DNA of 64,000 nt from Burkholderiales bacterium (GTDB taxonomy: Bacteria > Pseudomonadota > Gammaproteobacteria > Burkholderiales > SG8-41): assembly GCA_043743335.1 (NCBI GenBank), contig JAYTWR010000083.1, forward strand, positions 29,371 to 93,370. Reading direction: 5' to 3'. Shown piece after piece: positions 10,172-22,172 of the stretch. A program made the position numbers and the translations under genes. The notes beneath the pieces are model-generated. The model did not search any database. It saw only the letters and a list, made by a program, of their open reading frames with translations, and was not told the DNA's origin. How positions within the stretch are numbered: the stretch's first letter is position 1; every line of letters begins with the position of its first letter.

Positions 10172-11380
10172 GTGTTGCGAGAAAAGCGCTATCTAATTGT
10201 TTTTATTGGTTTATTCGCTATCGTGCTGGGGACGGTGCTGGCGTTGAACCTGTTGCTGGGCGAGCGCGGGCTAGGCAGCGCGCTGGCGGTGCGGCACGCC
10301 AGCGCGTGGCAGCAGGCGACGCAGGGCGTGACGTTTCCGCCGCCCCTGACGCGGGCGCGGGCGTTCAAGGCGCATCGCCTAGCGGACCGGCAGTCGGAGA
10401 TCAACACGCTGGTGCTGGGCGCGTCGTCGTTGATGGGGGTGACGCAGGCGATGTTTCCACCGCCGATGCGTATCTATAATTTTAGTCTGACCGCCAACGC
10501 GATCCCGGCGGTGGTGGCGGAGGCGGAATACCTCGAGCGGCACGCGCCGCATATTCGTCATTTCGTTATCGGTCTGGATTGGGCCGTCGGCATGATTTAT
10601 TTGCCGGATACCGTGCCCGCGATGGATTTGTCGCCCGCGTCAACGCTCGCGAACTTCGGTGCGGTTGCTGTGCCGTTGTCGCACAAAGTGGTTAATGCCT
10701 TGTCCGCGCCCACGGTCAAAACCCTGCTGGTCGCGTTGCGCGCCGCGCTGCTGTCGGCGCAGCCCCTGACCCGCTTGCATCAGACGTTTTTCGAGCTGGC
10801 CAGCGCGGATTACCGCTGTGCCGACGGCGCGCCCGCACGCGACTATGATGTGATGAGCCGCGGCCAGTGTTTGGGTTTTCGCCACGACGGCAGTTGGACA
10901 TTTGCCGGCGAAGCGCACTTGACCGAAGCACGGGCGCAAGTGTTGGCGCGCGCAGCAGCCACGCCGAGCTCCCAGTTTGCAAAATACCTGTGCATGACTG
11001 GCGGTGAGCCGGATGCTGCGGTGCTGCGCCGCTTGGGTGCGTTCGCGCAGCGCTTTACCGGTGGCGGCGGCCGTGTGGTGTTTATCCTGACGCCGTTAAT
11101 CCCCGGCATGGAACAGGAGATGCTGAAAGTGGACGCCTCGCGGCGCTGCCTGGTTCGCACCAAAGCTGCGCTAGACACGTGGGCGCGCGCGCATGGGGTG
11201 ACGGTGATTGATGCGGGCGCTTCGGAGCATTTTGGCTGCAAGGCGGCAGATTTTCTGGATGAAAATCATGCGTGGCCAGCGTGCCATGCGCGAATTTTAG
11301 GGCGCTATGCGCGAGATCAGGCGCGTCTGCCGATACCGGCAGGCTTGTATCAGCCGACCCGCGCGGAGCCACTATCATGA
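10172..11380 (+). CDS. N-terminally anchored periplasmic protein, DltD/SGNH-like putative O-acyltransferase partner (paralogue 1)
   Basis: 402 aa with a single N-terminal TM helix. It carries a candidate nucleophile block NTLVLGASSLMG and a C-terminal D-x-x-H block (FLDENHAW). Size and topology resemble DltD. The function is inferred; the coding call itself is strong because of the paralogue next door. Confidence 0.6.
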   Translation: MLREKRYLIVFIGLFAIVLGTVLALNLLLGERGLGSALAVRHASAWQQATQGVTFPPPLTRARAFKAHRLADRQSEINTLVLGASSLMGVTQAMFPPPMRIYNFSLTANAIPAVVAEAEYLERHAPHIRHFVIGLDWAVGMIYLPDTVPAMDLSPASTLANFGAVAVPLSHKVVNALSAPTVKTLLVALRAALLSAQPLTRLHQTFFELASADYRCADGAPARDYDVMSRGQCLGFRHDGSWTFAGEAHLTEARAQVLARAAATPSSQFAKYLCMTGGEPDAAVLRRLGAFAQRFTGGGGRVVFILTPLIPGMEQEMLKVDASRRCLVRTKAALDTWARAHGVTVIDAGASEHFGCKAADFLDENHAWPACHARILGRYARDQARLPIPAGLYQPTRAEPLS

Positions 11381-12594
11381 TGGCGGGCGCTGGCAACGGT
11401 AAGCGGTATCTTATTGTTTTTACGGGGGTTTTTATTGCCGTCGTCGTAGCGATTCTGCTGCTGAATGGGCAGCTCGGCGAGCGCAGTTTGGGCAGCGCCG
11501 CGGTGTTGCGCGACGCCAGCGCGTGGCAGCAGGCGACGCAAGGGGTGACCTACGCGCCGCCGATTACCGACACCCGTCCGTTCAAAGTGTTGCGCTTGGC
11601 GGATCGTTTGCCGGAGGTGAATACGCTGGTGTTGGGCTCGTCTACGGTGATGGGGATTACCGCGAATCTGCTGCCGGTGGAACGGCGTCTGTATAACTTC
11701 AGTTTGACCGGCAACAGCACGGCGGCTGTCGTCGCGGAAGCGGATGCCGTGGAACGCACGCCGGGGTTGAGCAGCCACATTCAATGGCTGCTGATTGGCC
11801 TTGATTGGTCGGTAGGGCAAATTTATCAAAGGGATGCCGTGACTGCGGTGGATTTTTCGGTGGCCAGCGCACAACAGGCTTTTACCTCGCGCAAAATGCC
11901 GTGGTTCAAGCGCGCCGAGGACGCGTTGACCTGGCCGCGCGTGGTGAATTTGATGAAGGTGGTGCGCGCGGCGTTGGCGTCTGTGGCACCGGTGACCGCG
12001 CTGCAACACACGCTGTTTGACGTGGCCGGCGAGCCGTATCGCTGCGACGATGGCACGGTGGCGCGCGACTACGACACGCAAAATCCCGGCTGGTGCCGCG
12101 GCTACCGATACGACGGCAGTTGGACCTTTGCGCGCGATACGCGCTTGAGCGCCGCACAGGCCGCGACTTTGGCGCTGGCTGCGGCGGCACCGAGTTCGAA
12201 GTATGCGAAATCCGTGTGCGCGGCGGCGGGTGTGCCCAACGCGGCCTATTTGCGCCGCTTGGGTGAGGCCGCACAGCGGCTGGCGACGCGCGACGGTCGC
12301 ATGATTTTTTTGTTGCCGCCGTTGGCGCCGGGCGTGGAGCAGGCGCTGCTGAACGCGCCGCAGCTAAAGCCATGCCTTGCGCGCACCAAAACCGCGTTGC
12401 ACGAATGGGGCGTGCTTTATCAGGTGAGCATTATCGATGCGGGTGCGTCGGAACGTTTTGGTTGCGCGCCGGGTGAGTTTTCGGATGAGCATCATGCGTA
12501 TCCAGAGTGCTATGCGCGCGTGTTGGGGCGATACTTTGCTGCTGTCGCGCAAGGTCGCGTGGCGCATGGGCTATATACAGCGGGGGCGAAGTGA
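11377..12594 (+). CDS. DltD/SGNH-like putative O-acyltransferase partner (paralogue 2)
   Basis: 405 aa from ATG 11377 (ATGA overlap with paralogue 1). It is collinear with paralogue 1 along the whole length, sharing KRYLIVF, ASAWQQATQGVT, NTLVLG-S, LYNFSLT, IGLDW-VG, YRC-DG, ARDYD, DGSWTF, IDAGASE-FGC and DE-HA-P. Confidence 0.6.
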   Translation: MMAGAGNGKRYLIVFTGVFIAVVVAILLLNGQLGERSLGSAAVLRDASAWQQATQGVTYAPPITDTRPFKVLRLADRLPEVNTLVLGSSTVMGITANLLPVERRLYNFSLTGNSTAAVVAEADAVERTPGLSSHIQWLLIGLDWSVGQIYQRDAVTAVDFSVASAQQAFTSRKMPWFKRAEDALTWPRVVNLMKVVRAALASVAPVTALQHTLFDVAGEPYRCDDGTVARDYDTQNPGWCRGYRYDGSWTFARDTRLSAAQAATLALAAAAPSSKYAKSVCAAAGVPNAAYLRRLGEAAQRLATRDGRMIFLLPPLAPGVEQALLNAPQLKPCLARTKTALHEWGVLYQVSIIDAGASERFGCAPGEFSDEHHAYPECYARVLGRYFAAVAQGRVAHGLYTAGAK

Positions 12595-14027
12595 ACGGCG
12601 GCAACCTCTGGAACCTCTCGAACCCCTCGATAACCGCCAAGCAGGCGTGGGCGCTCTACGCCTGTGCGGTGGCGAGTTCGATTCCGACACTGTGGTTTTA
12701 TTTGGTGGGCGAAGAGGGCATTCTCGTCATTTCGTCGCTGGAAATGGCGCAGCGCGGCGACTGGCTGCGCTTGTGGATGTACGGCACGAACGCAGTGCAT
12801 GGCGTGTTCGCCAATGGGTTGGTGATTTTGCTGGCCAGCTGGGTGGGTTGGGAATATGCGCCGGGCGTGGTGCGGGCAATCATGATCGCGTCCACTGCGA
12901 TCAGCGGTCTAATGGCGGCGTTGCTGGTGCAACGGCTGTATCGGGACGCTGCTTTGGCAGCGCTGGCGGCGGCAATTACGGTCACGTTCGGTGATATTTT
13001 GTTTTATCGTGGATGGCTAGGGTACCGCGACCCGTTGCTGGGCATGTTGGTGTTCGGCGCGATATCGGCTTTGTGGCTGGCGGTGGCGGAACGCCGCGTG
13101 GCTTGGTTACTGGGTACTTTGTTGTTTGCAACGGCCGGGTTTCTGACCAAGGGCTTGATTGCCTATCCGTTTGTCGGCGCTGCCGTGCTGGTATTCTTGG
13201 CGACGCGTGAGGGGCGCGCGGTTTTGCTGCGCCCGTTGCCTGTGTTGCTGGCAGCAGCGACGTTGATGGTGCCGTTTGCGTGGGCTTGGTGGGTCGGCGG
13301 TGACCAATCGCATAACACGCGTTTGACGGCGGAAATCGCTGACAAACTGTCGCCGCTGGGGGGGGCGACTTATCTCAAAACATTGGTGACTTACCCGCTG
13401 GAAACGGTGCTGCGATTATCACCGCTGTCGCTGCTGTTGCTGTGGTACCTGACACAGCAGCGGGCGTGGCGCGAAGTCATCGCGGATCACCGGCTGCGCT
13501 CGGCCCTGCTGATCGCCGCCATCGCTTATGTGCCGTTTTGGCTGGCACCGCAGAGTCATTTTCGCTATGTGCTGCCGGTGTTGCCGCTTTTGGCGCTGGC
13601 CAGCGCGGTGGTTTTGTGGCGACTCGGAGAAAACAAGACGCGTGTTGCGATGCGTTGGTTGTGGGGCGCGGTGGCGCTAAAACTGCTGGCCGCTACGGTG
13701 ATTTTCCCGGTCTACCAACAGCGGGTGCGCGGCGAAAATTATGCGTTGACCGCTCGCGCCGTATTAACGCACACGGCGGGATATCCCCTCTATAGCGACG
13801 ACACAACGGCGGCCGGATTATCGGTAACAGCTTACATGAACTTACTGCGTTTGCCGCAGGCGGTACTCACGTTTTCGCCAGCATCGTGGGAGAACGGTTT
13901 TACGATTTCAAATGTTGCGGCTGCCCCGGTTGGATCAACCAGCCGACTGGCGGCACGATATCCGCTCGGCGGCGACACGCTTTATTTGTATTGTCGGGGC
14001 GCGGCTTGCGCTGCGGCCCGGCCCTGA
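12591..14027 (+). CDS. GT-C fold glycosyltransferase, ArnT/PMT (family 39/83)-like
   Basis: About 12 predicted TM segments. The first loop, GEEGILVISSLEMAQRGDWL, resembles the ArnT DE..Y.EI..EM...GDW region. I prefer GTG 12591 (GTGA overlap with the preceding stop) over the track start at 12507. Confidence 0.7.
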   Translation: MNGGNLWNLSNPSITAKQAWALYACAVASSIPTLWFYLVGEEGILVISSLEMAQRGDWLRLWMYGTNAVHGVFANGLVILLASWVGWEYAPGVVRAIMIASTAISGLMAALLVQRLYRDAALAALAAAITVTFGDILFYRGWLGYRDPLLGMLVFGAISALWLAVAERRVAWLLGTLLFATAGFLTKGLIAYPFVGAAVLVFLATREGRAVLLRPLPVLLAAATLMVPFAWAWWVGGDQSHNTRLTAEIADKLSPLGGATYLKTLVTYPLETVLRLSPLSLLLLWYLTQQRAWREVIADHRLRSALLIAAIAYVPFWLAPQSHFRYVLPVLPLLALASAVVLWRLGENKTRVAMRWLWGAVALKLLAATVIFPVYQQRVRGENYALTARAVLTHTAGYPLYSDDTTAAGLSVTAYMNLLRLPQAVLTFSPASWENGFTISNVAAAPVGSTSRLAARYPLGGDTLYLYCRGAACAAARP

Positions 14028-14064
14028 CGCGTAACCCTCAGCCTTCAATCTTCAGTGCCGCCGA

Positions 14065-17669
<3,605 letters not shown>

Positions 17670-17712
17670 GATTTAAATCTCTATAGAACTAGTAATAAGC
17701 AAGGTTACTGTC

Positions 17713-17721
17713 TGTGGATAA
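17713..17721 (-). promoter_or_regulatory. DnaA box (perfect TTATCCACA on minus strand)
   Basis: Plus strand reads TGTGGATAA. Confidence 0.7.
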
Positions 17722-17845
17722 CTATAAAAACACTTTAAAATCAATTAGTTAATGAGTATATTGGGTGCGGGATAAGTCAGCGAAATGCGTTGCATACATT
17801 GTTCATGGATTTAAGAAAAAACACATCGGGTTAGTTACTCACAAT

Positions 17846-17854
17846 TTATCCACA
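17846..17854 (+). promoter_or_regulatory. DnaA box (perfect TTATCCACA)
   Basis: TTATCCACA lies 6 nt downstream of the dnaA stop codon. Confidence 0.7.
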
Positions 17855-17859
17855 GCATA

Positions 17860-19248
17860 TCAACAACGCAACACTTTGAGTAAAGAAGAGATATCCCGGC
17901 TGATATCGCCATTGGTGGTTTTCAAATCGGTAATCTTGCGACAGGCGTGTAAGACAGTGGTGTGATCGCGGCCGCCAAAAGCATCACCGATGTCGGGCAA
18001 ACTGAGTTGGGTAAGTTCTTTGGCCAGCGCCATAGCCACTTGACGCGGCCGGGCAATGGCACGCGTGCGTTTCTTGGAATACATTTCAGACACTTTGATC
18101 TTGTAGTAATCCGCCACCGTCTTTTGAATGTTTTCTATGGATATCTGACGGTTTTGTACGGCCAGTAAATCGCGTAATGCTTCACGGCAAAGATCGACAG
18201 ATATGGCGTGGCCGGTGAAGCGGGCATACGCCAATATGCGTTTGAGGCCGCCTTCCAGTTCGCGCACATTGGATTGAATGTGCTTGGCGAGAAAGAATGC
18301 AGCGTCTTCAGGCAGCTTGACCGCTTCGAGCTCGGCTTTTTTGAGCAGAATGGCCACACGCATTTCTAATTCAGGGGGCTCGACCGCGACAGTAAGGCCC
18401 CAGCCAAAACGTGAAATCAGGCGGTTTTCCATACCGGTGATTTCTTTGGGGTAGGTGTCGCAGGTAATCACGACCTGTTTGTGGGATTCAATCAGCGCAT
18501 TAAAAGCGTAAAAGAATTCTTCCTGCGTGCGGTTTTTACCACTAAAAAACTGGATATCGTCCACCAACAGCATATCCAGCGAATGGTAATAACGCTTGAA
18601 ATCGTCGAAAGCCTTATGCTGATAGGCGCGCACTACGTCGGACACATATTGTTCCGCGTGGATGTAGCGCACCTTGCCTTGCGGATGATGTTCGCGAAAA
18701 TAATTGCCGATGGCGTGCGCCAAGTGTGTTTTACCCAGCCCTACGCCGCCATAAATAAAGAGCGGGTTATACGCAGTGCCCGCTTTTTCAGCGACTTGTG
18801 CGGCCGCGGCGCGAGCGAGTTCGTTGGCCTTGCCAGTAACAAAACGCTCAAAGGTGAATGCCGGGTTGAGGCGCGCAAGATCTCGCGGCAATACCGTGGG
18901 CTTGGCTGCTGCGACGGCGGGCGCTCGGACAGTTTGAGCAGCGATGGTGGGTGCAGTACCTGACGCCCTTTCTGAAGCGACAGAATAACGATCCGGCGCG
19001 ACGAGCGCTTTATCCGCTAACAATAGGTTTATGGCTACAGCTTTGCCGGCCTGCGCTTGAGCGAGTTCGTGGATACGCGAGAGAAACTTGTCGCGGATCC
19101 ACTGCAGGACAAAACGGTTCGGGGCAACGATCGTAATGTCGCCGACTTCGTTGACCTCAACCGCCAACGGTTTAATCCATGTGATGAATTGTTGTGCGGG
19201 GAGTTCTTTTTCAAACTGCGACAGACAATCACGCCAAAAAGTGTTCAT
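17860..19248 (-). CDS. dnaA: Chromosomal replication initiator DnaA
   Basis: 462 aa. AAA+ Walker [11 protein letters not shown], box VII/VIII, and the C-terminal DNA-binding helix ([15 protein letters not shown]). Confidence 0.95.
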   Translation of the reverse strand: MNTFWRDCLSQFEKELPAQQFITWIKPLAVEVNEVGDITIVAPNRFVLQWIRDKFLSRIHELAQAQAGKAVAINLLLADKALVAPDRYSVASERASGTAPTIAAQTVRAPAVAAAKPTVLPRDLARLNPAFTFERFVTGKANELARAAAAQVAEKAGTAYNPLFIYGGVGLGKTHLAHAIGNYFREHHPQGKVRYIHAEQYVSDVVRAYQHKAFDDFKRYYHSLDMLLVDDIQFFSGKNRTQEEFFYAFNALIESHKQVVITCDTYPKEITGMENRLISRFGWGLTVAVEPPELEMRVAILLKKAELEAVKLPEDAAFFLAKHIQSNVRELEGGLKRILAYARFTGHAISVDLCREALRDLLAVQNRQISIENIQKTVADYYKIKVSEMYSKKRTRAIARPRQVAMALAKELTQLSLPDIGDAFGGRDHTTVLHACRKITDLKTTNGDISRDISSLLKVLRC

Positions 19249-19476
19249 GGTTTACGGGGAGTCAGCAAACACTTGGGTAGCGGATCGTCGAGAAGTTTAG
19301 CGTTCGAGTGGTCGGTTTCTGCAGCGGCGGACGAAGCAGAGGAAGCCGGACAGAAAAACAGAGGCGAGAAGCACGTGAGAAGCACACGAAACTAATGCAA
19401 CCCAAAACGGCAAAACACAAAGGCTGTCACCGAACACACCCGTGACTGAACGCAATTTTACGTGGTTTGAAGCGAG

Positions 19477-19485
19477 TTATCCACA
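19477..19485 (+). promoter_or_regulatory. DnaA box (perfect TTATCCACA) in the dnaA-rpmH intergenic region
   Basis: Exact 9-mer, 229 nt upstream of the dnaA start codon. Confidence 0.65.
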
Positions 19486-19600
19486 AGGGTTTTGCCCTGT
19501 GAATTTGCGGGGTGAAACAGGTAGCGGTTCTGGTACGCCATCGGAGAACCTTCCAGCAGTTAACCCGCGTAGTCGTAGACGCTGGCCAGCGTTGTTTTTA

Positions 19601-19630
19601 TTGACAAATAACACCAAAATAAGGTGTAAT
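19601..19630 (+). promoter_or_regulatory. Candidate sigma70 promoter upstream of rpmH
   Basis: TTGACA (19601-19606), 18-nt spacer, TGTAAT (19625-19630). It sits ~170 nt upstream of the rpmH ATG, so the assignment is tentative. Confidence 0.3.
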
Positions 19631-19798
19631 CACCGGTTTTCTCTGAGCCAAAAGCACAGGGCGCAATACTCGGCTCGGCTCGGCGCTGGGCGCGCGTCAC
19701 CAGCGGACGGCTATGGTGCTTTGCACACCCAGTGTGCGAGGGGTGTAGAGAAAAGCCCGAAGAAAGCACTTCATTTTGATAGACAGGATAATTTCGCC

Positions 19799-19933
19799 AT
19801 GAAAAGAACCTTCCAACCATCCAAGATTAAACGCGCCCGCACGCACGGTTTCCGTGCCCGCATGAAAACGGCCGGTGGCCGCGCTGTCATCCGCGCCCGC
19901 CGGGCCAAAGGTCGCGCCGTATTGTCAGCCTGA
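19799..19933 (+). CDS. rpmH: 50S ribosomal protein L34
   Basis: 44 aa, [48 protein letters not shown] lies 11 nt upstream. The 163-aa track ORF is an upstream read-through artefact. Confidence 0.95.
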   Translation: MKRTFQPSKIKRARTHGFRARMKTAGGRAVIRARRAKGRAVLSA

Positions 19934-19973
19934 CATGGGTTACGGTGGTGGTCGCTGGATGTAACATAAGCTA

Positions 19974-20390
19974 TTGTTTTTATTGATAATAGTGGAACAA
20001 AAGATACGGCTGTCGTGGGCTAAACCGCATCCTCGCAAGCTGACAAAGGCCGGCGAATTCAAAGCCGTGCTGGCAGCGGAAGGTCGGCTGTCAGGAAAAA
20101 ATTTTCTTCTACGAGCGGGCGTAAATGCGCTACCAGCGGCACGGCTGGGCTTGATCGCGAGCCGCAAAGCGTCAAAACGGGCCGTGGACCGTAACCGCGG
20201 TAAACGCTTGGCGCGCGAAGCTTTCAGAGCCGCGCGCAGTACGCTGCCGGCGGTGGATATGGTGGTGCAGCTAAAGAATGATTTGCGCAATTCCGGCAAC
20301 GGGGCATTGCGCCAAGAGTTGGAGCGTTTGCTGCGTGATTTGGGCGCGCGTTTTGGCGACCGGCCGCGCGGTGGCACCAGCGCAAGCTAA
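19974..20390 (+). CDS. rnpA: RNase P protein component
   Basis: Basic protein with the RnpA-like core (LIASRKASKRAVDRNRGKRLAREAFR), in the canonical position after rpmH. The start codon is uncertain (TTG 19974 or GTG 19992). Confidence 0.8.
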   Translation: MFLLIIVEQKIRLSWAKPHPRKLTKAGEFKAVLAAEGRLSGKNFLLRAGVNALPAARLGLIASRKASKRAVDRNRGKRLAREAFRAARSTLPAVDMVVQLKNDLRNSGNGALRQELERLLRDLGARFGDRPRGGTSAS

Positions 20391-20432
20391 CGATAAACGA
20401 TAAACAATAAAAGATCGCGAATAAGCAAGACC

Positions 20433-22133
20433 ATGGATACGCAGCGGCTCATATTGTTTTTTGTGTTGGTGTTTTCCACCTTTATGCTAGTGGAAGGCTG
20501 GCAGCGTGATCAAAAGCTGTCACAGCCGAGCATCTCGCAACCTGCTGGGAAGGGTGTCGCAGACGGGAAATCCACCGGTGGTATCCCGGTGCCAGCAGCC
20601 CCGGCATCCGCAACCCCTACACCGGCCGTCCCGACGGCTCCAGGGGCAACGGCAGGCGCCGTCCCGGCCGCCGCGTTGGTTGCGGGCGGGGAGATCATCA
20701 AAATCGAAACAGACGTGTTGCGGGTGGAGCTCAGCACCAAGGGCGGCGATATTCGTCGGCTGGAATTGACTCAACATAAAGGCACGCTGGATAAAAACAA
20801 GAATTTCGTTTTATTTCAAAGCCTTGCAGATCATACCTATATCGCGCAATCGGGCTTGATCGGGCAGGAAGGCTTGCCGGATCACCGCACGACCTATACC
20901 GCGTCGGCGCGCGAATATAAACTGGCAGACGGTGCTCCGGCGCTCGAAGTCCGACTCGAAGCGCCGGAAAGCAATGGCATCAAAACCGCACAAATCTATA
21001 AATTTACGCGCGGTAGCTACGTAATCGATGTGGCCTATGAAATCACCAACGGCGGCGACAAAGCGATACAGCCGCACGGTTATTTCCAGTTGGTGCGCGA
21101 CCGTAAGCCGCCGGATGGTGATTCGGCTATGCTGCCCACGTATACCGGGGCGGCGGTGTACACCAACGGCGAAAAATTCCAAAAAGTGGCGTTCGACGAT
21201 ATCGACAAAGGCAAAACGCCGTATGCTAAGTCCAGCCAGACCGAAGGTTGGGTGGCCATTGTGCAGCATTATTTCCTGGGCGCATTTTTGCCCAAGGATA
21301 AAGCGCCGCGCGAATTTTCTACGCTTAAACTTGAGAACGGTTTGTATCTGGCGCGGGTGCTTGTGGCCGGGGCTGCCGTCGAGCCGGGCAAGCAGGGGAG
21401 TGTCAGCAGCGCGTTGTATGCCGGTCCGCAGGATACAGAGACGCTGAAAAAGCTGGCACCGGGCCTCGACTTGGTGGTGGATTTTGGCATTCTGACGGTG
21501 ATAGCCGTGCCGCTCTTTATGGTACTGAGCTGGATTCATGAGTGGGTCGGCAACTGGGGCATCGCGATTATTCTGTTGACGGTGTTGATCAAAGCCATTT
21601 TTTACCCGCTGCAAGCAGCCAGCTATAAGGCCATGGCCAAGATGAAAGTCATCGCGCCCAAGATGCAGCAGTTGAAAGAGCGCTACGGTGACGACAAGCA
21701 GCGCATGCAAAAAGCCATGATGGAGTTGTACCAGAAGGAAAAAGTTAATCCCATGGCGGGTTGTCTGCCAATCGTGGTGCAAATGCCTGTTTTTATTGCA
21801 CTTTATTGGGTAATTCTGGCATCGGTGGAGCTGCGCCACGCGCCGTTTTACGGCTGGATCCACGACTTGTCGGCCATTGATCCGTGGTACGTGCTGCCGG
21901 TGCTGATGGGCGCGTCCATGATTATCCAGACCCGGCTCAACCCGGAGCCGCCGGATCCGGTGCAGGCCAAGGTGATGAAAATCATGCCTATCGCCTTTAG
22001 TGTGTTTTTCTTCTTTTTCCCGGCCGGGTTGGTGTTGTATTGGCTGGTGAACAATATTCTGTCCATCGCCCAGCAGTGGCAGATCAACCGTGTCATCGAA
22101 GGCGGCAGCCAGAAGCCTGTCGCTAAGGCGTGA
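20433..22133 (+). CDS. yidC: Membrane protein insertase YidC
   Basis: 566 aa with an N-terminal TM, a large periplasmic domain and the conserved C-terminal 5-TM core (NPMAGCLPIVVQMPVFIALYWV). Confidence 0.95.
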   Translation: MDTQRLILFFVLVFSTFMLVEGWQRDQKLSQPSISQPAGKGVADGKSTGGIPVPAAPASATPTPAVPTAPGATAGAVPAAALVAGGEIIKIETDVLRVELSTKGGDIRRLELTQHKGTLDKNKNFVLFQSLADHTYIAQSGLIGQEGLPDHRTTYTASAREYKLADGAPALEVRLEAPESNGIKTAQIYKFTRGSYVIDVAYEITNGGDKAIQPHGYFQLVRDRKPPDGDSAMLPTYTGAAVYTNGEKFQKVAFDDIDKGKTPYAKSSQTEGWVAIVQHYFLGAFLPKDKAPREFSTLKLENGLYLARVLVAGAAVEPGKQGSVSSALYAGPQDTETLKKLAPGLDLVVDFGILTVIAVPLFMVLSWIHEWVGNWGIAIILLTVLIKAIFYPLQAASYKAMAKMKVIAPKMQQLKERYGDDKQRMQKAMMELYQKEKVNPMAGCLPIVVQMPVFIALYWVILASVELRHAPFYGWIHDLSAIDPWYVLPVLMGASMIIQTRLNPEPPDPVQAKVMKIMPIAFSVFFFFFPAGLVLYWLVNNILSIAQQWQINRVIEGGSQKPVAKA

Positions 22134-22156
22134 TGTCGCTGACCCTGGGGCGGGCA

Positions 22157-22172
22157 TGTTTCACGTGAAACC
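22157..22172. promoter_or_regulatory. parS: parS centromere-like site (TGTTTCACGTGAAACC)
   Basis: 15/16 match to the palindromic parS consensus TGTTNCACGTGAAACA. The flanking GCAT/ATGC extends the dyad. It ends 1 nt before the mnmE ATG. Confidence 0.8.

Larger units (their letters stand above)
17670..17859. other. AT-rich dnaA-dnaN spacer: candidate oriC / DNA-unwinding region (or DnaA-regulated dnaN promoter)
   Basis: This 190-bp intergenic stretch is visibly far more AT-rich than the rest of the window (e.g. CTATAAAAACACTTTAAAATCAATTAGTTAATGAGTATATT). It is bracketed by two perfect 9-mer DnaA boxes in opposite orientation. Confidence 0.45.
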
